From Octopus vulgaris (Eukaryota), in the NCBI GenBank assembly GCA_951406725.2, contig OX597822.1, forward strand, positions 9,548,001 through 9,612,000: 64,000 bases of DNA, read 5' to 3'. Below are positions 28,020 through 39,777 of the stretch, piece by piece. A model generated the notes under the pieces. That model was not told the DNA's origin, made no database searches, and worked only from the letters and a program-made list of their open reading frames with translations. Position numbers and translations under genes: made by a program. The stretch's first letter is position 1. The number at the start of each line of letters is the position of its first letter.

Positions 28020-31000
28020 GTGAAACTGGATATTGCGAATCATAAGAAAATAACACCATTGCTGGAAGCCGTCTCCGGGACCCACCTCGGAATTATCCAT
28101 AAACTAATCATACATGGTGCAAATATGAATGCCAACGACAATGATGGTAATAATTGTTTACCCCTCTCCATAATAAAAAAAGAGAGGTTCCATTCTGAGG
28201 AGGAACATATTCCCATTTTAGATGAGGTAAGTTTTTAAAATTGTTTGTGAATATGTGTGTGTGTGATTGGCATTAGGAAGGGCATGCAACCGCAGAAACT
28301 ATGCCATAAGAAAATAACACCATTGCTGGAAGCCATCTCCGGGGCCCACCTCGGAATTATCCATAAACTAATCATACATGGTGCAAATATGAATGCCAAC
28401 GACAATGATGGTAATAATTGTTTACCCCTCTCCATAATAAAAAAAGAGATGTTCTATTCTGAGGAGGAACATATTCCCATTTTAGATGAGGTAAGTTTTA
28501 AAAATTGTTTGTGAATATGTGTGTGTGTGGTTGGCATTAGGAAGGGCATGCAACCGCAGAAACTATGCCATAAGAAAATAACACCATTGCTGGAAGCCGT
28601 CTCCGGGGCCCACCTCGGAATTATCCATAAACTAATCATACATGGTGCAAATATGAAAGCCAACGACAATGATGGTAATAATTGTTTACCCCTCTCCATA
28701 ATAAAAAAAGAGGTTCCATTCTGAGGAGGAACATATTCCCATTTTAGATGAGGTAAGTTTTTAAAATTGTTTGTGAATATGTGTGTGTGTGGTTGGCATT
28801 AGGAAGGGCATGCAACCGCAGAAACTATGCCATAAGAAAATAACACCATTGCTGGAAGCCGTCTCCGGGGCCCACCTCGGAATTATCCATAAACTAATCA
28901 TACATGGTGCAAATATGAATGCCGACGACAATGATGGTAATAATTGTTTACACCTCTCCATAATAAAGAAACAGATGTTCTATTCTGAGGAGGAACATAT
29001 TCCCATTTTAGATGAGGTAAGTTTTTAAAATTGTTTGTGAATATGTGTGTGTGGTTGGCATTAGGAAGGGCATGCAACCGCAGATACTATGCCATAAGAA
29101 AATAACACCATTGCTGGAAGCCGTCTCCGGGGCCCACCTCGGAATTATCCATAAACTTATCATACATGGTGCAAATGTGAATGCTGTCGACAATGATGGT
29201 ATTAATTGTTTACACCTCTCCATAATAAAGAAAGAGATGTTTTATTCTGAGGTGGAAACCATTCCCATTTTAGATGAGGTAAGTTCTTAAAATTGTTTGT
29301 GAATATGTGTGTGTAGTTGGCATTAGGAAGGGCATGCAACCGCAGAAACTATGCCATAAGAAAATAACACCATTTCTGGAAGCCGTCTCCAGGGCCCACC
29401 TCGGAATTATCCATAAAATTATCATACATGGTGCAAATATGAATGCCAACGACAATGATGGTAATAATTGTTTACACCTCTCCATAATAAAGAAAGAGAT
29501 GTTTTATTCTGAGGTGGAAAATATTCCCATTTTAGATGAGGTAAGTTTTTAAAATTGTTTGTGAATATGTGTGTGTGGTTGGCATTAGGAAGGGCATGCA
29601 ACCGCAGATACTATGCCATAAGAAAATAACACCATTGCTGGAAGCCGTCTCCGGGGCCCACCTCGGAATTATCCATAAACTTATCATACATGGTGCAAAT
29701 GTGAATGCTGTCGACAATGATGGTAATAATTGTTTACACCTCTCCATAATAAAGAAAGAGATGTTCTATTCTGAGGAGGAACATATTCCCATTTTAAATG
29801 AGGTAAGTTTTTAAAATTGTTTGTGAATATGTGTGTGTGGTTGGCATTAGGAATGGCATGCAACCACAGAAACTATGCCATAAAAGAATAATACCATTTC
29901 TGTAAGCAGTCTCCGGGGCCCACCTCGGAATTATCCATAAAATTATCATACATGGTGCAAATATGAATGCCAACGACAATGATGGTAATAATTGTTTACA
30001 CCTCTCCATAATAAAGAAAGAGATGTTTTATTCTGAGGTGGAAAATATTCCCATTTTAGATGAGGTAAGTTTTTAAAATGGTTTGTGAATATGTGTGTGT
30101 GGTTGGCATTAGGAAGGGCATGCAACTGCAGAAACTATGCCATAAGAAAATAACACCATTTCTGGAAGCCGTCTCCGGGGCCCACCTCGAAATTATCCAT
30201 AAACTCATCATACATGGTGCAAATATGAATGCCGTCGACAATGATGGTAATAATTGTTTACACCTCTCCATAATAAAAAAAGATGTTCCATTCTGAGGTG
30301 GAAACCATTCCCATTTTAGATGAGGTCAGTTTTTAAAATTGTTTGTGAATATGTGTGTGTGTGGTTGGCATTAGGAAGGGCATGCAACCGCAGAAACTAT
30401 GCCATAAGAAAATAACACCATTTCTGGAAGCCGTCTCCGGGGCCCACCTCGAGATTATCCATAAACTCATCATACATGGTGCAAATATGAATGCCGTCGA
30501 CAATGATGGTAATAATTGTTTACACCTCTCCATAATAAAAAAAGAGATGTTCCATTCTGAGGTGGAAACCATTCCCATTTTAGATGAGGTAAGTTTTTAA
30601 AATTGTTTGTGAATATGTGTGTGTGTGTGGTTGGCATTAGGAAGGGCATGCAACCGCAGAAACTTTGCCATGAGAAAATAACACCATTTCTGGAAGCCGT
30701 CTCCGGGGCCCACCTCGGAATTATCCATAAAATTATCATACTTGGTGCAAATATGAATGCCAACGACAATGATGGTAATAATTGTTTACACCTCTCCATA
30801 ATAAAGAAAGAGATGTTCCATTCTGAGGAGGAGCATATTCCCATTTTAGATGAGGTAAGTTTTTAAAATTGTTTGTGAATATGTGTGTGTGGTTGGCATT
30901 AGGAAGGGCATGCAACCACAGAAACTATGCCATAAGAAAATAACACCATTGCTGGAAGCCGTCTCCGGGCCCACCTCGGAATTATCCATAAACTCATAAT

Positions 31001-34000
31001 ACATGGTGCAAATATGAATGCCAACAACAATGATGGTAATAATTGTTTACACCTCTCCATAATAAAGAAAGAGATGTTCTATTCTGAGGAGGAACATATT
31101 CCCATTTTAGATGAGGTAAGTTTTAAAAATTGTTTGTGAATATGTGTGTGTGTGGTTGGCATTAGGAAGGGCATGCAACCGCAGAAACTATGCCATAAGA
31201 AAATAACACCATTGCTGGAAGCCGTCTCCGGGGCCCACCTCGGAATTATCCATAAACTAATCATACATGGTGCAAATATGAATGCCAACGACAATGATGG
31301 TAATAATTGTTTACCCCTCTCCATAATAAAAAAAGAGAGGTTCCATTCTGAGGAGGAACATATTCCCATTTTAGATGAGGTAAGTTTTTAAAATTGTTTG
31401 TGAATATGTGTGTGTGTGGTTGGCATTAGGAAGGGCATGCAACCGCAGAAACTATGCCATAAGAAAATAACACCATTGCTGGAAGCCGTCTCCGGGGCCC
31501 ACCTCGGAATTATCCATAAACTAATCATACATGGTGCAAATATGAATGCCGACGACAATGATGGTAATAATTGTTTACACCTCTCCATAATAAAGAAACA
31601 GATGTTCTATTCTGAGGAGGAACATATTCCCATTTTAGATGAGGTAAGTTTTTAAAATTGTTTGTGAATATGTGTGTGTGGTTGGCATTAGGAAGGGCAT
31701 GCAACCGCAGATACTATGCCATAAGAAAATAACACCATTGCTGGAAGCCGTCTCCGGGGCCCACCTCGGAATTATCCATAAACTTATCATACATGGTGCA
31801 AATGTGAATGCTGTCGACAATGATGGTATTAATTGTTTACACCTCTCCATAATAAAGAAAGAGATGTTTTATTCTGAGGTGGAAACCATTCCCATTTTAG
31901 ATGAGGTAAGTTCTTAAAATTGTTTGTGAATATGTGTGTGTAGGTGGCATTAGGAAGGGCATGCAACCGCAGAAACTATGCCATAAGAAAATAACACCAT
32001 TTCTGGAAGCCGTCTCCAGGGCCCACCTCGGAATTATCCATAAAATTATCATACATGGTGCAAATATGAATGCCAACGACAATGATGGTAATAATTGTTT
32101 ACACCTCTCCATAATAAAGAAAGAGATGTTTTATTCTGAGGTGGAAAATATTCCCATTTTAGATGAGGTAAGTTTTTAAAATTGTTTGTGAATATGTGTG
32201 TGTGGTTGGCATTAGGAAGGGCATGCAACCGCAGATACTATGCCATAAGAAAATAACACCATTGCTGGAAGCCGTCTCCGGGGCCCACCTCGGAATTATC
32301 CATAAACTTATCATACATGGTGCAAATGTGAATGCTGTCGACAATGATGGTAATAATTGTTTACACCTCTCCATAATAAAGAAAGAGATGTTCTATTCTG
32401 AGGAGGAACATATTCCCATTTTAAATGAGGTAAGTTTTTAAAATTGTTTGTGAATATGTGTGTGTGGTTGGCATTAGGAATGGCATGCAACCACAGAAAC
32501 TATGCCATAAAAAAATAATACCATTTCTGTAAACAGTCTCCGGGGCCCACCTCGGAATTATCCATAAAATTATCATACATGGTGCAAATATGAATGCCAA
32601 CGACAATGATGGTAATAATTGTTTACACCTCTCCATAATAAAGAAAGAGATGTTTTATTCTGAGGTGGAAAATATTCCCATTTTAGATGAGGTAAGTTTT
32701 TAAAATGGTTTGTGAATATGTGTGTGTGGTTGGCATTAGGAAGGGCATGCAACTGCAGAAACTATGCCATAAGAAAATAACACCATTTCTGGAAGCCGTC
32801 TCCGGGGCCCACCTCGAAATTATCCATAAACTCATCATACATGGTGCAAATATGAATGCCGTCGACAATGATGGTAATAATTGTTTACACCTCTCCATAA
32901 TAAAAAAAGATGTTCCATTCTGAGGTGGAAACCATTCCCATTTTAGATGAGGTAAGTTTTTAAAATTGTTTGTGAATATGTGTGTGTGTGGTTGGCATTA
33001 GGAAGGGCATGCAACCGCAGAAACTATGCCATAAGAAAATAACACCATTTCTGGAAGCCGTCTCCGGGGCCCACCTCGAGATTATCCATAAACTCATCAT
33101 ACATGGTGCAAATATGAATGCCGTCGACAATGATGGTAATAATTGTTTACACCTCTCCATAATAAAAAAAGAGATGTTCCATTCTGAGGTGGAAACCATT
33201 CCCATTTTAGATGAGGTAAGTTTTTAAAATTGTTTGTGAATATGTGTGTGTGTGGTTGGCATTAGGAAGGGCATGCAACCGCAGAAACTTTGCCATGAGA
33301 AAATAACACCATTTCTGGAAGCCGTCTCCGGGGCCCACCTCGGAATTATCCATAAAATTATCATACTTGGTGCAAATATGAATGCCAACGACAATGATGG
33401 TAATAATTGTTTACACCTCTCCATAATAAAGAAAGAGATGTTCCATTCTGAGGAGGAGCATATTCCCATTTTAGATGAGGTAAGTTTTTAAAATTGTTTG
33501 TGAATATGTGTGTGTGGTTGGCATTAGGAAGGGCATGCAACCACAGAAACTATGCCATAAGAAAATAACACCATTGCTGGAAGCCGTCTCCGGGCCCACC
33601 TCGGAATTATCCATAAACTCATAATACATGGTGCAAATATGAATGCCAACAACAATGATGGTAATAATTGTTTACACCTCTCCATAATAAAGAAAGAGAT
33701 GTTTTATTCTGAGGTGGAAAATATTCCCATTTTAGATGAGGTAAGTTTTTAAAATTGTTTGTGAATATGTGTGTGTGGTTGGCATTAGGAAGGGCATGCA
33801 AACGCAGAAACTATGCCATAAGAAAATAACACCATTTCTGGAAGCAGTCTCCGGGGCCCACCTCGGAATTATCCATAAAATTATCATACATGGTGCAAAT
33901 ATGAATGCCAACGCAATGATGGTAATAATTGTTTACACCTCTCCATAATAAAGAAAGAGATGTTCTATTCTGAGGTGGAAACCATTCCCATTTTAGATGA

Positions 34001-37000
34001 GGTAAGTTTTTAAAATTGTTTGTAAAATATGTGTGTGTGTGGTTGGCATTAGGAAGGGCATGCAACCGCAGAAACTATGCCATAAGAAAATAACACCATT
34101 TCTGGAAGCCGTCTCCGGGGCCCACCTCGAAATTATCCATAAACTCATCATACATGGTGCAAATGTAAATGTTGTCGACAATGATGGTAATAATTGTTTA
34201 CACATCTCCATAATAAAAAAAGAGATGTTCCATTCTGAGGTGGAAAATATTCCCATTTTAGATGAGGTAAGTTCTTAAAATTGTTTGTGAATATGTGTGT
34301 GTGGTTGGCATTAGGAAGGGCATGCAACCGCAGAAACTTTGCCATAAGAAAATAACACCATTTCTGGAAGCCGTCTCCGGGGCCCACCTCGGAATTATCC
34401 ATAAACTTATCATACATGGTGCAAATGTAAATGCTGTCGACAATGATGGTAATAATTGTTTACACCTCTCCATAATAAAAAAAGAGATGTTCCATTCTGA
34501 GGTGGAAAATATTCCCATTTTAGATGAGGTAAGTTCTTAAAATTGTTTGTGAATATGTGTGTGGTTGGCATTAGGAAGGGCATGCAACCGCAGAAACTAT
34601 GCCATAAGAAAAATAACACCATTGCTTGAAGCCGTCTCCGGGGCCCACCTCGGAATTATCCATAAACTCATCATACATGGTGCAAATATGAATGCCGTCG
34701 ACAATGATGGTAATAATTGTTTACACCTCTCCATAATAAAAAAAGAGATGTTCCATTCTGAGGTGGAAAATATTCCCATTTTAGATGAGGTAAGTTCTTA
34801 AAATTGTTTGTGAATATGTGTGTGTGTGGTTGGCATTAGGAAGGGCATGCAACCGCAGAAACTATGCCATAAGAAAATAACACCATTGCTGGAAGCCGTC
34901 TCCGGGGCCCACCTCGAAATTATCCATAAACTAATCATACGTGGTGCAAATGTAAATGCTCTCGACAATGATGGTAATAATTGTTTACACCTCTCCATAA
35001 TAAAAAAAGAGATGTTCCATTCTGAGGTGGAAACCATTCCCATTTTAGATGAGGTAAGTTTTTAAAATTGTTTGTGATAATGTGTGCGTGTGGTTGGCAT
35101 TAGGAAGGGCATGCAACCGCAGAAACTTTGCCATAAGAAAATAAAACTATTTCTGGAAGCCGTCTCCGGGGCCCACCTCGGAATTATCCATAAACTTATT
35201 GTACATGGTGCAAATATGAATGCCAACGACAATGATGGTAATAATTGTTTACACCTCTCCATAATAAAGAAAGAGATGTTCCATTCTGAGGTGGAAACCA
35301 TTCCCATTTTAGATGAGGTAAGTTTTTAAAATTGTTTGTGAATATGTGTTTGTGTGGTTGGCATTAGGAAGGGCATGCAACCGCAGAAACTATGCCATAA
35401 GAAAATAACACCATTGCTGGAAGCCGTCACTGGGGCCCACCTCGGAATTATCCATAAACTTATCATACATGGTGCAAATGTAAATGCTGTCGACAATGAT
35501 GGTAATAATTGTTTACACCTCTCCATAATAAAAAAAGAGATCTTCCATTCTGAGGTGGAAACCATTCCCATTTTAGATGAGGTAAGTTTTTAAAATTGTT
35601 TGTGAATATGTGCGTGTGGTTGGCATTAGGAAGGGCATGCAACCGCAGAAACTTTGCCATAAGAAAATAAAACTATTTCTGGAAGCCGTCTCCGGGGCCC
35701 ACCTCGGAATTATCCATAAACTTTCGTACATGGTGCAAACATGAATGCCAACGACAATGATGGTAATAATTGTTTACACCTCTCCATAATAAAGAAAGAG
35801 ATGTTCCATTCTGAGGTGGAAACCATTCCCATTTTAGATGAGGTAAGTTTTTAAAATTGTTTGTGAATATGTGTTTGTGTGGTTGGCATTAGGAAGGGCA
35901 TGCAACCGCAGAAACTATGCCATAAGAAAATAACACCATTGCCGGAAGCCGTCACTGGGGCCCTCCTCGGAATTATCCATAAACTTATCATACTTGGTGC
36001 AAATGTAAATGCTGTCGACAATGATGGTAATAATTGTTTACACCTCTCCATAATAAAAAAAGAGATGTTCCATTCTGAGGTGGAAAATATTCCCATTTTA
36101 GATGAGGTAAGTTCTTAAAATTGGTTGTGAATATGTGTGTGTGGTTGGCATTAGGAAGGGCATGCAACCGCAGAAACTATGCCATAAGAAAAATAACACC
36201 ATTGCTTGAAGCCGTCTCCGGGGCCCACCTCGGAATTATCCATAAACTCATCATACATGGTGAAAATATGAATGCCGTCGACAATGATGGTAATAATTGT
36301 TTACACCTCTCCATAATGAAAAAAGAGATGTTCCATTCTGAGGTGGAAACCATTCCCATTTTAGATGAGGTAAGTTCTTAAAATTGTTTGTGAATATGTG
36401 TGTGTGTGGTTGGCATTAGGAAGGGCATGCAACCGCAGAAACTATGCCATAAGAAAATAACACCATTGCTGGAAGCCGTCTCCGGGGCCCACCTCGAAAT
36501 TATCCATAAACTCATCATACAGGGCGCAAATGTAAATGTTGTCGAAAATGATGGTAATAATTGTTTACACCTCTCCATAATAAAAAAAGAGATGTTCCAT
36601 TCTGAGGTGGAAACCATTCCCATTTTAGATGAGGTAAGTTTTTAAAATTGTTTGTGAATATGTGTGCGTGTGGTTGGCATTAGGAAGGGCATGCAACCGC
36701 AGAAACTTTGCCATAAGAAAATAAAACTATTTCTGGAAGCCGTCTCCGGGGCCCACCTCGGAATTATCCATAAACTTATCGTACATGGTGCAAATATGAA
36801 TGCCAACGACAATGATGTTTATAATTGTTTACACCTCTCCATAATAAAGAAAGAGATGTTCCATTCTGAGATGGAAACCATTCCCATTTTAGATGAGGTA
36901 AGTTTTTAAAATTGTTTGTGAATATGTGTTTGTGTGGTTGGCATTAGGAAGAGCATGCAACCGCAGAAACTATGCCATAAGAAAATAACACCATTGCTGG

Positions 37001-38291
37001 AAGCCGTCACTGGGGCCCACCTCGGAATTATCCATAAACTTATCATACATGGTGCAAATGTAAATGCTGTCGACAATGATGGTAATAATTGTTTACACCT
37101 CTCCATAATAAAAAAAGAGATGTTCCATTCTGAGGTGGAAAATATTCCCATTTTAGATGAGGTAAGTTCTTAAAACTGTTTGTGAATGTGTGTGTGGTTG
37201 GCATTAGGAAGGGCATGCAACCGCAGAAACTATGCCATAAGAAAAATAACACCATTGCTTGAAGCCGTCTCCGGGGCCCACCTCGGAATTATCCATAAAC
37301 TCATCATACATGGTGCAAATATGAATGCCGTCGACAATGATGGTAATAATTGTTTACACCTCTCCATAATAAAAAAAGAGATGTTCCATTCTGAGATGGA
37401 AAATATTCCCATTTTAGATGAGGTAAGTTCTTAAAATTGTTTGTGAATATGTGTGTGTGTGGTTGGCATTAGGAAGCGCATGCAACCGCAGAAACTATGC
37501 CATAAGAAAATAACACCATTGCTGGAAGCCGTCTCCAGGGCCCACCTCGAAATTATCCATAAACTCACCATACATGGTGCAAATGTAAATGTTGTCGACA
37601 ATGATGGTAATAATTGTTTACACCTCTCCATAATAAAAAAAGAGATGTTCCATTCTGAGGTGGAAACCATTCCTATTTTAGATGAGGTAAGTTTTTAAAA
37701 TTGTTTGTGAATATGTGTGCGTGTGGTTGGCATTAGGAAGGGCATGCAACCGCAGAAACTTTGCCATAAGAAAATAAAACTATTTCTGGAAGCCGTCTCC
37801 GGGGCCCACCTCGGAATTATCCATAAACTTTTCGTACATGGTGCAAACATGAATGCCAACGACAATGATGGTAATAATTGTTTACACCTCTCCATAATAA
37901 AGAAAGAGATGTTCCATTCTGAGGTGGAAACCATTCCCATTTTAGATGAGGTAAGTTTTTAAAATTGTTTGTGAATATGTGTTTGTGTGGTTGGCATTAG
38001 GAAGGGCATGCAACCGCAGAAACTATGCCATAAGAAAATAACACCATTGCTGGAAGCCGTCACTGGGGCCCACCTCGGAATTATCCATAAAATTATCATA
38101 CATGGTGCAAATATGAATGCCAACGACAATGATGGCGATAATTGTTTACCCCTCTCCATAATAAGAAAAGAGATGTTCTATTCTGAGGTGGAAACCATTC
38201 CCATTCTAGATGAGGTAAGTTTTTAAAATTGTTTGTGAATATGTGTGTGTGGTTGGCATTAGGAAGGGCATGCAACCGCAGAAACTATGCC
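28020..38291 (+). repeat. Tandem array 2: 39 units of ~262 bp ankyrin exon plus donor, with higher-order repeats
   Basis: I count 39 donors between ~28226 and ~38215. Same unit as array 1. Diagnostic variants recur at 2627-bp (10-unit) and ~1053-bp (4-unit) spacing. Confidence 0.95.
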
Positions 38292-39241
38292 AAAACTGGC
38301 AATTGGTGCCTGAGCAGCTCTGCAGCTGCCCAGCTTCTGCCGAACTATCCAACCCATGCCAGCATAGAAAACCAATTAAAAATGACGATGAGGAGGAGGA
38401 TGTGTGTATGTGTGAGTGAGAGAAAGAGAGAAATAGAGAAACAGGCAGATATTGTTGGCTATTTTCTTTCACTCCCATCCACTTCTCTTCCTTTAGTATT
38501 AAATAATTCAGTTTCCCCTGATAGCACTAGTTGTATTATGTAACTAACAATATTCCATCTTCTTTCACCTTCAAAAGCATGGCCACTGCACTGTAAAGAA
38601 TGTAACCCGTCTTAAATATGTGTCATGTAAACACTGCTATCACTGTATGAAGGAGAGGTGACCAACGACAGATATAAGTCTTTAAATTTAAGAAAGAGAA
38701 ATTCACAAACTGTTTTAAATATCGAATTTCAAGTTAAACGAGTTGAACTGTGTTAATTGCTAGAAAGCATACTTCATTATTCTTTTTCAAAGAAAGGAAA
38801 AGGAAAATAAATTTGTTTATGGACAATTAAATTTAAAGAAAACATACTCATGGACTTCGAAGAAAGTTTCTTTTATCAGTATGACAATGAATATATAACT
38901 GAGTTTATTCAAAGTTGATAATTAGGGTTCCAAATATTGCCAGGGATTGGACTTTGTGTGTATATTGACTACAGTAATACCCCTTGCAATGATTGTAAAG
39001 AAGGGAGATGTGAGGAGAATGAATTTACATTAAGATGTGTGCACAAAAGTGCAATGTCCCGAGATTGTATGTATGACGATGTAACTAGACAGATAGTCAT
39101 GAGGCCCTTTGTTACCAACAAAGATAGAAGCTCTCTGAACTTTGCCCTGCTTAATCTTATTCTAGCAGCTATGCTCTTGGCGCATCCACCTCCACTACTG
39201 ACCTGATTACCTAGATAACAGTAGCTATCAACCACTTCTAG

Positions 39242-39304
<63 letters not shown>

Positions 39305-39645
39305 TGAATTCGACTTATTGAGTATATATGTGGATGTCCGCTTGCTTTACATGGTACAATCATGGTTGTTATAATTATTATTATTATTAATATTAATTTT
39401 ACTGACTTTTTGTGTGGTTATACGGACTGTTAAATATATATGACTGCTTTAAATTTAAATGTGAGTGTACATGTATTTCCTTGATGTTGGTTATAGAACT
39501 ATGAGTTCAATATGGAACATTATTGTGTTTGTTAATGTATATTGATATATATTGTTTATATTGTATTATTGTGTATATATATATGTGTAGAATTATGAGT
39601 GTCTATGCACACATTTTTATATTTATATGTAAATTTTTTTCGTAC

Positions 39646-39777
39646 TTACATTAAATTCTCTGAAGAGGCCGTGAGACATTCTTGTTAATGTCTCATTTAT
39701 ACCTGCTTTATATGGCTAATAGGTTAAATGGGACATACCTGTCTTCACGGCCGAAACAGCTGTCAGCTACAATGTAA
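39646..39777 (+). ncRNA. Minimal type I hammerhead ribozyme (duplicate of 22231-22362)
   Basis: CTGAAGA (39660), ggccgtga/tcacggcc, GAAAC-AGCT-GTC (39764). Confidence 0.75.

Noticed and set aside
18037-38226. Dozens of independent 81-aa genes (MCVVGIRKGMQPQ...) and antisense MERCKQ... ORFs
   Set aside because: The starts lie in a (GT)n/SINE spacer and the stops lie just past a splice donor. The antisense frames are shadows of the ankyrin frame.
17823-38291. CRISPR-like array
   Set aside because: The whole 262-bp unit is repeated with no unique spacers, there are no cas genes, and the context is eukaryotic.
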